Positions 18,797-28,114 of a DNA stretch of 64,000 nucleotides are shown here, piece by piece. How positions within the stretch are numbered: position 1 is the stretch's first letter; every line of letters starts with the position of its first letter. Both the position numbers and the translations under genes were made by a program. The notes under the pieces are model-generated. The model was not told the DNA's origin. It saw nothing but the letters and a program-made list of their open reading frames with translations, and did no database searches. The DNA is from a virus, in IMG/VR virus record IMGVR_UViG_3300020455_000892, positions 1 to 64,000 of that record; one strand, given 5' to 3'.

Positions 18797-21133
18797 TTAA
18801 CCTCCATTTTTCAATGTATTTACTTCAGCTTGTAAGCTGTCAACTTTAGCTGATAATTCTTGTATTGCTTTAATTAGTATTGGATATGATTGCATAGGTG
18901 CCGCAAGTAATTTGCTAGGATCCTCATCATTGACCATGTGAGTTCTATTTTTTGTGTTGAAATCCATTTCAACTTCTTGCAGTTCTTGTGCTATAAATCC
19001 TACTTCTTTTCTAGTACCTAGTGTACCATCTCTGCGATTCCAAGTGAATTGTACTGGTCTCATTGCTTTGATAAAATCCAGTCCAAGTGTCAAATCTTGT
19101 ATATCTGTTTTGTCTCTTTCGTCTGATAATGCACTGATAGATTGTACATTACATGTAAAACTTGTAATATTAGCATCTCCTAGTACAATAGTATTGGACA
19201 TACTATCACTTGTACTTTGTGCGAGAGCACCAATAATTGTATTGTTAGATCCACTGATTAAATCATTTGAACTAGTTTGTGCCGCGGCATATCCAACGAA
19301 TGTATTATTACTTCCAGTGGTAAGATCAAATCCTGCATTATTGCCTACGAATGTATTATTATTACCGCTTTCTACGTTGCGACCAGCTCCTCTGCCACAG
19401 GCGGCATTATGTGCTCCGTTGGTTAGATCTCTAAGAGAATCCACACCAATTGCGGTGTTATAGCTACCACTACCTCCTGCATAACCTGAGGCATATCCTA
19501 TGAAAGTACATTGATCTCCGCCATCCATGTCATAGCCAGCATATCCTCCAACCAATGTAGTATAGTCACTTTGATTATACATACTAGAACCAGCATATGA
19601 TCCTAAACTTGTACCATTTGTATGACCGTGTTTAGTATTATAACCTAAACTAACTCCATAACTACTGTTATTGTAGTAGCTTCTAGCATAACTGCCTATT
19701 TGTGTGTTATAATCGCCAGTTGCAGTGTATTGACCTGCTCCAACGCCAATAAAAGTGTTGTATTGTAGACTGGCGGCAGAACCATGTGTGCCTACGTTTA
19801 TACTACCTATTGCTGTATTGTAATTATGACCGGTTCCAACTCCCAGAACACTTTCGCCTATAGCAATGTTGCCACTGCCGGTTGTTTCTGAGTCTATGCA
19901 ATTCTTACCTATCGCAAAATTCCTATCACCTGTTGTCAGAGCAGTTAAATTTTGATTACCAATAACTATATTTTTGATTGCACCAGCTTCGATGCTAGCC
20001 ATTGGTTGTCCTGTGGCTCCATGAGAAATAATTAAATTTCCATTATCATTAGCAGGATCACCGCCTAGGTTTTCGTTTGTTAAAACTGTGTTGATATCAA
20101 GTACGTTTGCATCAAACATATTGTATGCAATTACATCTACAAGATCATTTTGGTAGAGATTGCTAGCAAACACAACACTGTTTCCTGTGGTTGCTTGATA
20201 ATCTTTGCCTGTACCTTCTTGTTGTTTAACACCATTAACAAATACTTCAACTACATTGTTTCCAGCAGTATAACTTAGTGTGTTGCCATTTACGTCAGCA
20301 CCACTTACGCTGGTCACTGTACTAGATATTTCATATATGTATTTTGCATAAGCAGTTGAGGGTCCACCGATACCTAAATCTGCTGGAGTAATTTTTTTCA
20401 ACACACCGCCGTCGCTGATTAAAATATGATCTGCGTCACTGCTACTAGTTGAAGTTGCTCCAACATCTGCATTTCCGGTAGTGACCACAGTACCACTAGC
20501 ATCAGGTAGTGTGATTGTTTTGTCTGAAACAGTAGGGTCTTCAACAGTTAAGGTTGTTTCATAAGCATCACCTGTACTTCCTTCAAATCTTAAAGTTTTT
20601 CCAGTAGTTAAATAAAGACCACTAGAAGTAATACTTGCAACATTACCATTACCATTATTAAAAAATATAGAATAACCAGCTTTTGCATTTATATAAGTTG
20701 AACCACTAGCATTTGCTAATAGTGCATAATCATTTATTGAAGTACGATCTACATGGCTAAAAGTAGCATTATCTGAAGTTGGTGAATGTATTAATGCTCT
20801 GCCTAATGAAGCTGTTGCGTCTGTATCTGCATCTACTGATAGAGTTCCAGTAATAGTTTGACTATTCAAGTCTAATTGACCACCCAGTTGTGGCGTAGTA
20901 TCATCTACTAAATCTGACATGCTACCGCCACCACCACCAGCGCCTGGTTCCCATTGACTGTTAGCATTTACCCAAATCAGTGTTTGACCATCTATTGCTC
21001 CACTTTGATGCAGTTTGGCGGCAGTTATTTCACCGTCATTGATATCTGCTAATGTAATAGATCCTGTAGCCAACAAGTCGGCTGTAATAGCATCTATTTC
21101 AATTGATGTTGTTTTTAATTTATTTAAAGGCAT
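18797..21133 (-). CDS. Tail fibre/adhesin-like protein with C-terminal intramolecular chaperone (peptidase S74)
   Basis: YadA-like N.AIG/NTF(V/I)G..AG repeats; C-terminal SDERDKTDI...GLDFI..MRPV.F.W...GFIAQE...LIKAIQELSAKV. Confidence 0.8.
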   Translation of the reverse strand: MPLNKLKTTSIEIDAITADLLATGSITLADINDGEITAAKLHQSGAIDGQTLIWVNANSQWEPGAGGGGGSMSDLVDDTTPQLGGQLDLNSQTITGTLSVDADTDATASLGRALIHSPTSDNATFSHVDRTSINDYALLANASGSTYINAKAGYSIFFNNGNGNVASITSSGLYLTTGKTLRFEGSTGDAYETTLTVEDPTVSDKTITLPDASGTVVTTGNADVGATSTSSSDADHILISDGGVLKKITPADLGIGGPSTAYAKYIYEISSTVTSVSGADVNGNTLSYTAGNNVVEVFVNGVKQQEGTGKDYQATTGNSVVFASNLYQNDLVDVIAYNMFDANVLDINTVLTNENLGGDPANDNGNLIISHGATGQPMASIEAGAIKNIVIGNQNLTALTTGDRNFAIGKNCIDSETTGSGNIAIGESVLGVGTGHNYNTAIGSINVGTHGSAASLQYNTFIGVGAGQYTATGDYNTQIGSYARSYYNNSSYGVSLGYNTKHGHTNGTSLGSYAGSSMYNQSDYTTLVGGYAGYDMDGGDQCTFIGYASGYAGGSGSYNTAIGVDSLRDLTNGAHNAACGRGAGRNVESGNNNTFVGNNAGFDLTTGSNNTFVGYAAAQTSSNDLISGSNNTIIGALAQSTSDSMSNTIVLGDANITSFTCNVQSISALSDERDKTDIQDLTLGLDFIKAMRPVQFTWNRRDGTLGTRKEVGFIAQELQEVEMDFNTKNRTHMVNDEDPSKLLAAPMQSYPILIKAIQELSAKVDSLQAEVNTLKNGG

Positions 21134-21167
21134 TTATTGCGTCCATCTGCTATACATATTTAGCGGA

Positions 21168-22427
21168 TTATCCCGCAACTGTGAACTCGTAGAAATAAGT
21201 ATCACTTGTTAGCCCTTGTGCATCAACATCGAAGAACCAGCTTTTGTAATCATTATTTCCAAAATATCCAATTTGACTGCTTACGCCGCCTGAAATAGTA
21301 AATGTTTTACTAGGACTAAACGGAGCTCCTACTGTAATAGTATCGCCCGCTGTCTTATCATCTAATGCATTTCGAAGATTTACTGCTAGTGTAGATTGTG
21401 ATTGTCCACCTATTATTTGTTGTCTAATCCATATCTGTGTATTACTTGTTGTACTAGTTGATGCAGTTCTCCATTGTCCATGTGTTATAGAAGATGCAGA
21501 ATAATATTCACCTCCTGTATAATTTTGATATGAATGATTAAAAGGATTGGTTACTCCCCATACTATTCTAACTGCTCCGTGTGCTCCGTTACGCATACCT
21601 TCGTTGTGGTATCCACCTGCGGCTCCACCTCCGTAAAGTCCACCAGTGCCTGCGGGCCATGCCGCGGCATCACCGCCTCCAGCACCACCTGTAGCCGGAG
21701 GATATGGATAAGTGCCGTATTCACCACCTTGTCCATCATTTGCATTATATCCAGTAGGACCGTCGAGACCAACACCTCCGCCACCTCCAGCATAAGAGCC
21801 ACCAGTAGGTCCACCAGCACCTCCGCCACCTCCGTATCCTATAGATCCTCCAGATGTTGTCCATGCTATCTGTCCTGTATCACCACCAGGTCCGCCTGCT
21901 CCAGTGTAGCCTCCTGCTCCACCTCCGCCTCCTGGACTATGATATTGACCTCCTGTACTATCTCCACCATCGCCGCCGTTACCACCGCCTAGTCCGTTAA
22001 ACTCACCGCCAGTCCCTCCTGCTTTTAATCCGCTTTCATTTAAAGCTCTACTTGCTCCATTTCCTCCACCATATCCGGCAACAGTTTGTTCATTGATGAA
22101 AGAACTGTCGGCGCCACTAGCACCACCAGATCCACTGCCAACTACTACTGTATAGCTTTGTCCAGGAGTTACTGCTATATTATTTCTATAAGCAAGACCG
22201 CCTCCGCCTCCGCCTCCAGCGTAACCATATGTTATACTACCCGGTGCAGATCCTCCTCGTCCGCCGGCTCCAACAGCCACAACGTGTACTGTGGTTACAC
22301 CAGCTGGTGCTGTCCATGAATCTATTCCAGGAGTTGTAAATATTTCGTCACTTCCACCAGCGGCTCCAGATGATCCACCTATACCGCCGAAAGCTCTAAC
22401 ACTTGTTGCTGAACAAATTATAGGCAT
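21168..22427 (-). CDS. Glycine-rich-domain virion protein (adhesin-like)
   Basis: FTTPG..SWTAPAGVTTVHVVAVGAGG...GGGGGG...GAHGAVRIVW. Confidence 0.6.
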   Translation of the reverse strand: MPIICSATSVRAFGGIGGSSGAAGGSDEIFTTPGIDSWTAPAGVTTVHVVAVGAGGRGGSAPGSITYGYAGGGGGGGLAYRNNIAVTPGQSYTVVVGSGSGGASGADSSFINEQTVAGYGGGNGASRALNESGLKAGGTGGEFNGLGGGNGGDGGDSTGGQYHSPGGGGGAGGYTGAGGPGGDTGQIAWTTSGGSIGYGGGGGAGGPTGGSYAGGGGGVGLDGPTGYNANDGQGGEYGTYPYPPATGGAGGGDAAAWPAGTGGLYGGGAAGGYHNEGMRNGAHGAVRIVWGVTNPFNHSYQNYTGGEYYSASSITHGQWRTASTSTTSNTQIWIRQQIIGGQSQSTLAVNLRNALDDKTAGDTITVGAPFSPSKTFTISGGVSSQIGYFGNNDYKSWFFDVDAQGLTSDTYFYEFTVAG

Positions 22428-22436
22428 TTTATCTCC

Positions 22437-24395
22437 TTATGCAAATTGTGTAAATGTACCATAAACTTCAAACTGTGAGGCGCCTGTTTTTACTATACTG
22501 AAAGTATACCAATCATCACTACTAGCATTGCCACCACTTGGTGCAGTACCACCTGACCATTTAGGTGTAACTGAGCTACCATCAATTTGTACAGCGTTTA
22601 TGTAATAAGGAGTTGTACCATTTTGAAATGATACTGCTATTGTTCTAACTTCATTAGTAGCCATACTATTATTAAATGTAGTGCCACTGTCGCCACTTAT
22701 ACTCAATGTTCTATTGTTATTTTGATCTACATTCAGTCTTAAAATTTGATAATCGTTAGCAAAGAAAGTAATAGTACCAGCATTGGTATTTGAAGTAGTT
22801 GACTGTTCTATTAGACTTCCTACAGTTCCATACTCAGAGGAAGTTGTTACAATGTTTTTCCAAGCACCATTTTCTGAAACGTAGGTTTTATTCAAAGTAC
22901 TATCATAAACCAAGTCTCCGTCTGCTAGTGTAATTAAATTTCTGTTTGTTGTTGATACATTGTACAATCTTAAAGGACTTTGACTAACATGTACTCTACT
23001 GCTAGTATCAGCTTCTAGTGTAATACTACTGGCACTTGTTAATACAGGAGCACCTGCTTGACTACTAGTGAGTGTACCTGTTACTGTTAAATTATCATCA
23101 ACTGTAACTGTAGTTCCACTACTGGTTATTGTACTACCGCTAAAACTTATATCGCCTGTTGTTGCACTTGGGCCTAGTATTTTTATAGTTCCATTCATAC
23201 TACTGTGTGCATTACAATAGTAATACAATTCACTAGGAGCATCCATTGGAGGTATAAAGGTTACTGTACCACTACCATTATTATTACTAACACCTGCGTT
23301 GTATAAGGAACCGCCCGCAGTGTTTTGGCTTTGTATTCTAAATGGGTGACTGCTACTAATATTAGTAAATTTGTATTTTACGCCTCTCGACAAGTAAAGC
23401 GTAGGATTGTTTGTAGCACCACTAAAAAAGTGATTACCTCCAGCAAATATATAGTTAGGCGATGAACTGCCTGATAAACTAAAACTGTATTCAATAGCAT
23501 TTCCGTTGACATCTAAATCACCACCAAGTTGAGGTGTCACGTCATCAACTACATCTCCTCCAGAACCAATGTCACTGTAGGTTGCGCCGTCATTTGTAAA
23601 CTCCCATTTATCAGTGGTTTCGTTCCATCTAATATCAACATTTGAACTTGTGCCTCTTTCAACAGCAATACCTGCATTTTGACTTGGTGTGCCTGTTTCG
23701 TCATTGTTGAGTGTGATAATATTGTCGCTTACTGTTAGTTCAGTTGTGTTAATCGTAGTTGTAGTTCCATTAACTGTAAAGTCACCACTTACTGTAAGAT
23801 TGCCTGTTACTTCTATACCTGTTGATATTGTTTTAAATTTTTCAATTCCATAATGATATAATATTGCTTCGCCAGTTGATCCATCTGCCTTAAAGTAATT
23901 TGCGATACTACCGACGCCATCATCTGAAACTATTGTAACATCTGCATCGTCAGCATAAGTTCTAATAACAATATCGCCAGTATTCACATTAACAACAAAT
24001 CTTGTACCAGTATGTTTGATATTTGCATCATCATTACTTCCAAACACAACTTCATCACTGTCAGCCATTTTAATGTTACTGCCGTTTGATAGTAGATTAC
24101 CACCTAGCTGTGGAGTCGTATCATCAAGCACATCATTCATTGTTCCGCCGCCACCGCCACTTACTTGTGACCAAGCAAAGCTGGTAGTTGCATGATCGTA
24201 TTTTAAATAATACCCATCGTTACTGGCACTTACTGCGGCTACATCTGCTATGTCTTGTAAATGTATATTGGAAATTGTACCATTTGCATCCAAATCAGTT
24301 GTTTGGATCATATTTGCAATATATTTGACTCCGGCACCGTGTGTGTAATCTTCACCTGCAAATTGAAAATCTGCTTTATCTCTTACTCTACTCAT
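22437..24395 (-). CDS. Mosaic fibre/virion protein with cupredoxin-like domain
   Basis: Two TPQLGG modules, GTTTTINT module, HPF...YYYCNAHSSM, C-terminal KWSGGTAP...D.YTF. Confidence 0.65.
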   Translation of the reverse strand: MSRVRDKADFQFAGEDYTHGAGVKYIANMIQTTDLDANGTISNIHLQDIADVAAVSASNDGYYLKYDHATTSFAWSQVSGGGGGTMNDVLDDTTPQLGGNLLSNGSNIKMADSDEVVFGSNDDANIKHTGTRFVVNVNTGDIVIRTYADDADVTIVSDDGVGSIANYFKADGSTGEAILYHYGIEKFKTISTGIEVTGNLTVSGDFTVNGTTTTINTTELTVSDNIITLNNDETGTPSQNAGIAVERGTSSNVDIRWNETTDKWEFTNDGATYSDIGSGGDVVDDVTPQLGGDLDVNGNAIEYSFSLSGSSSPNYIFAGGNHFFSGATNNPTLYLSRGVKYKFTNISSSHPFRIQSQNTAGGSLYNAGVSNNNGSGTVTFIPPMDAPSELYYYCNAHSSMNGTIKILGPSATTGDISFSGSTITSSGTTVTVDDNLTVTGTLTSSQAGAPVLTSASSITLEADTSSRVHVSQSPLRLYNVSTTNRNLITLADGDLVYDSTLNKTYVSENGAWKNIVTTSSEYGTVGSLIEQSTTSNTNAGTITFFANDYQILRLNVDQNNNRTLSISGDSGTTFNNSMATNEVRTIAVSFQNGTTPYYINAVQIDGSSVTPKWSGGTAPSGGNASSDDWYTFSIVKTGASQFEVYGTFTQFA

Positions 24396-25918
24396 ACTGG
24401 CATATACCTTAGATCTATTTGTTGTCCGTTAAGCGGAGCACTACCAAATGTAAGTGTTGTTCCGCTTACACTATAATCAGCTGGAGGAAGTATAAGTCCA
24501 TCTAATATTACAAGAATGTCAGCTGAAGTATGTCCTGCTTCTATAGTAAAATCAGTTAGTGTTCCGTTACCTGTGTACTGATTACTTGTATATGTTAAGT
24601 TCAGTTTTACATTTGTAACAGTGCCATCGCTAGGTGCACCAATATTATTAAGTATTCCATATCCTCTGGCTTCAACTATTTGTCCGTTACTTGGTGTTCC
24701 ACCAAGTGTTAAACTTGTGCCACTTAATGTAATGTTGCTGTTAAGCTGTGGAACTCCATCTACAAATATCAATAAATTTGTTTTTGATCCTGGATCTTGA
24801 CTAAGTGTAAAACTTGCTGATCCGCCATTTGCTGTAAACTCGTCTACAAAACTGTTTGTGGTATTAATATTAGATGGAGAAATTAAACCTGGTTGATATT
24901 CACCAGCACTTTGGTTGTAAATTAAAACTCTATTGTCTGCCAATCCAGTATTGACAACATCACTTAAATCATGTATACTTTTTGTTGCAAAGTCAGTATT
25001 GAAGTTACCAGTTGCATATCCATCTCCTGCAACAAATTTACTGCTCGAACTATTGTATACAAGTATTTGACCATTTGTGATACCTGTAGTATCAATTTTT
25101 GCGGCAAAATCAGTGTTAAAATTTCCTGTATCATATGGAACAGCTGGCACAAATTTATTGACATCCCATACAAGCATATTGCCTTGTGAAGGTGCGTTGG
25201 TAGTTATATCAACATCACTTAATTCACCAATACTATTTGTGCTTAAACTTGTTACACTACCAGAACTACCACTTGTATTTCCTGTAACATTACCTATTAC
25301 ATCTCCAGTAAGATTACCATGTACTCTAGAAACTGTAAGTTCTCTATTTAGGTTCCATCTATTATTACTAGCTGAATATGTAAATGTAGCTCCAGAACCA
25401 TCAACTGTGAGTCCTGCGCCATCAGCGTCTAGTGCAGTAGCCGCACCACTAGCTATAGTAATATTAACGTCATCTACGTCTAATTGGGTACTATTTATAG
25501 TGGTGGTAGTTCCATTCACGGTCAAGTTACCATCAATGACTGCATTACCCGCCATATGCAAGTCTTTCCACTTTTTAGCTGTACTACCTATGTCTCTTAA
25601 ATTATTTTGATCTGGTATCAAATCTGATGTAAGATTAGATGTATCAACAACTGCATTTAAGGTAAGTTGATTATTAGCATCATCATAGTTTACTGTAATA
25701 TTGTTACCAGCTTGTATTAATGATCCGACTCTATCGTCAATACTTTCGTTGGTTGCATACAAGTTTGTTGTACCTTGTGCAACATCATCACTATCAAATG
25801 CAGTGTTAACACGGATCAACGCTTCCCAACTGCCAGAAGTTGAATTGTATTGCCAACCTCTGCCTAGTGCTACGAATGTTTGTCCATTAGTTGGATTTGT
25901 AGGAAAATTTATTGCCAT
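24392..25918 (-). CDS. Virion/fibre protein
   Basis: MAINFPTNPTNGQ start; DGAGLTVDG module; C-terminal LVILDG...P.DYSVSGTTLTF..AP repeats. Confidence 0.6.
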   Translation of the reverse strand: MAINFPTNPTNGQTFVALGRGWQYNSTSGSWEALIRVNTAFDSDDVAQGTTNLYATNESIDDRVGSLIQAGNNITVNYDDANNQLTLNAVVDTSNLTSDLIPDQNNLRDIGSTAKKWKDLHMAGNAVIDGNLTVNGTTTTINSTQLDVDDVNITIASGAATALDADGAGLTVDGSGATFTYSASNNRWNLNRELTVSRVHGNLTGDVIGNVTGNTSGSSGSVTSLSTNSIGELSDVDITTNAPSQGNMLVWDVNKFVPAVPYDTGNFNTDFAAKIDTTGITNGQILVYNSSSSKFVAGDGYATGNFNTDFATKSIHDLSDVVNTGLADNRVLIYNQSAGEYQPGLISPSNINTTNSFVDEFTANGGSASFTLSQDPGSKTNLLIFVDGVPQLNSNITLSGTSLTLGGTPSNGQIVEARGYGILNNIGAPSDGTVTNVKLNLTYTSNQYTGNGTLTDFTIEAGHTSADILVILDGLILPPADYSVSGTTLTFGSAPLNGQQIDLRYMPV

Positions 25919-25956
25919 ATGTATATCCTAGTCTGTTATACATATTTATGTTTAAG

Positions 25957-26250
25957 TTAGATGTCTTCTACTTTTTCTCTAGCTTCTTGTCTTTTGGTCA
26001 AAACATCATCAGGTATAGCTTTGCCAGTTTCTGCTTTTCTAGTCACATACCAATCTGTTTCTGTTAGGTATTTCCTAGCTTCATAATTTTCCATTGCTAC
26101 TAAATTATTGGCAATTTCTTCTGCTGTAGGTTCTTGTCTTTCTAACTCAGGCATGTCTTCTACAGTATCACCTTCCTCTACAATGCTGTCTAAGAATGCT
26201 TCTACCACATAAGTTACTGTACCATCTGCTTTTGTAACTTTTTTTGTCAT
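25957..26250 (-). CDS. Tail fibre assembly chaperone-like protein
   Basis: ARKYLTETDWYVTR..ETG..IP......RQEAR motif. Confidence 0.6.
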   Translation of the reverse strand: MTKKVTKADGTVTYVVEAFLDSIVEEGDTVEDMPELERQEPTAEEIANNLVAMENYEARKYLTETDWYVTRKAETGKAIPDDVLTKRQEAREKVEDI

Positions 26251-27821
26251 TAGTATTGCCTTCCTGTACTACCGTTCCATGTATATTGAGTGAGTGTAAG
26301 TGGACTATTTCCAGTAATTGTATCAGTGCCTCCAAAAAACAAATAGCTACCCCATCTATTACCAGTACCACCTGCACCTGTATCAATTACTAGTTCAACT
26401 CTATTTTGAATATTTTGGTATACTGCTACACAATGCCCACTAACTGCACTAGAATACAAACCTGCCTGACCAGCGGTGTTATAGATGTATCCACCGGCGC
26501 CTCCACTCCTGTATCTTCCGCCATAATCATAACCTAAGAAATGAATGTGTAACATATCTCCACCTTGTGCTTGAAACTGTACATGCATGTATTGACCACC
26601 ACTGCCATTATTACTAACACTACAAATTGGAAATGTCATATCTCCTTGTTGACCTACTTCAGGATAAAATACTACACCATTATTTCTAAATTCAATATTT
26701 TTTCTTCCGCCACCTAATAAGTTAATAGTGTTGGTGCTTCCTGTTGCACCACCAATGTTAATATTATCGGGTGAATAAAACCAAACTTCTCCAGCATTAG
26801 CGCCATGAGCACCATAACTGGAACCTAGTACTGCTATATCAAGTGTAGCACTACCATCACTGTTATCAACATATATGCCAGATGCTGTAGCACTGGCTCC
26901 TCCAACATTCAAACCTGTGTTGGTTCTAGCATTTGAATTTATTCTCACTGAAGTAGTTGTATTAGTTGCAAGATCTAAATTACCATTTGTATAAAATATT
27001 GCTTCGTCATTACCTACACCATTGTAATTAAATCTCAAAGTATCATCATTGTAAGTGTATACATACCATTGATTTGTTTGGTCATCTATAGTTCTTAACC
27101 GTAGATGTTGATCTGCTACTATGTCTCCATTAAACTCACTAACACCACCATGAGTAACAATAATAGCACTTCCTGCTAGATCTAAATTACCACCATCATA
27201 GTTAATATGTAGCGTTTGACTAACATCACTGGAGTCATAAAAGTTAAGCTCGTTAGTATCTTTTAAAGACAAATAGTTTGTGGTTACTCCATTAACAGGA
27301 TGAATTTTTCCACTAAAACCAGCTGATGTAGTAATGCCAGTAATATTAACATTACCGCTACTGTCTGCTGTGAGTAATGTGCCATCAGCATCTGGAAAGT
27401 TTATAGCTCTACCCGCAGTTAAATCATTTACACCTACAAATAGATCATTTGTCGTTCCTTTGTGGTCAACCCATCCTAATTTAGGATTATAACCTTGGAA
27501 ATATATATCACCCCAACTGTTCATAAACATAGTTTCTTGCAAGGTGCCTTGCCTCATACTCATAAATTGAAGTCTTCCGTTTTCAGTACCATCTGCTACA
27601 TCTTCAATTTGAGAATTTATCCGAAAATACTCTATACTTTCATCTGCATCGTTTCTTCCTGTGAATACTATCGTACCAGTTTTATCCCAATTGGCAGGGC
27701 TTGCTGAATTTCTGTCAAGAGTTATAATTGGGCCTACATCAGAACCAGCATCAGTTGATCCTAAGGTAAGTGTATCAAATGATAAATCTGCTTGATTTGC
27801 TAAATCTCTTGCCCTAGTCAT
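26250..27821 (-). CDS. Tail fibre-like protein
   Basis: MTRARDLA start, beta-strand/Gly repeats, followed by a chaperone-like gene. Confidence 0.6.
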   Translation of the reverse strand: MTRARDLANQADLSFDTLTLGSTDAGSDVGPIITLDRNSASPANWDKTGTIVFTGRNDADESIEYFRINSQIEDVADGTENGRLQFMSMRQGTLQETMFMNSWGDIYFQGYNPKLGWVDHKGTTNDLFVGVNDLTAGRAINFPDADGTLLTADSSGNVNITGITTSAGFSGKIHPVNGVTTNYLSLKDTNELNFYDSSDVSQTLHINYDGGNLDLAGSAIIVTHGGVSEFNGDIVADQHLRLRTIDDQTNQWYVYTYNDDTLRFNYNGVGNDEAIFYTNGNLDLATNTTTSVRINSNARTNTGLNVGGASATASGIYVDNSDGSATLDIAVLGSSYGAHGANAGEVWFYSPDNINIGGATGSTNTINLLGGGRKNIEFRNNGVVFYPEVGQQGDMTFPICSVSNNGSGGQYMHVQFQAQGGDMLHIHFLGYDYGGRYRSGGAGGYIYNTAGQAGLYSSAVSGHCVAVYQNIQNRVELVIDTGAGGTGNRWGSYLFFGGTDTITGNSPLTLTQYTWNGSTGRQY

Positions 27822-27826
27822 AATTG

Positions 27827-28108
27827 TTATCCTTTAGCGTCTAATTCATCATCAAATTCAGCGTTGCGTTGTGCAACTGTTTTGGTCCAACCTCTATCAA
27901 AAGCGTCCAATACTATTTCATCTTTAGAACCAGGCACTGTAATTCCTTCTTCTAAATATCTGTCAACAGTAGTACTATATATTTCATTATATGCTTCTCT
28001 GCATCTTAACTCTATTGCACTTTTTGCCCATTCAGCAGGATCTAATGCCGCTGATTCTAATGCTTTGTACATTGCATCGCTTATTTCAGTTGTAATTGTT
28101 TTTGTCAT
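27827..28108 (-). CDS. Small fibre-associated protein, paralog of 32349-32627
   Basis: IT..ISD...K.L......W..........A(F/Y)D.G..KT...R. Confidence 0.55.
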   Translation of the reverse strand: MTKTITTEISDAMYKALESAALDPAEWAKSAIELRCREAYNEIYSTTVDRYLEEGITVPGSKDEIVLDAFDRGWTKTVAQRNAEFDDELDAKG

Positions 28109-28114
28109 TTTTCC

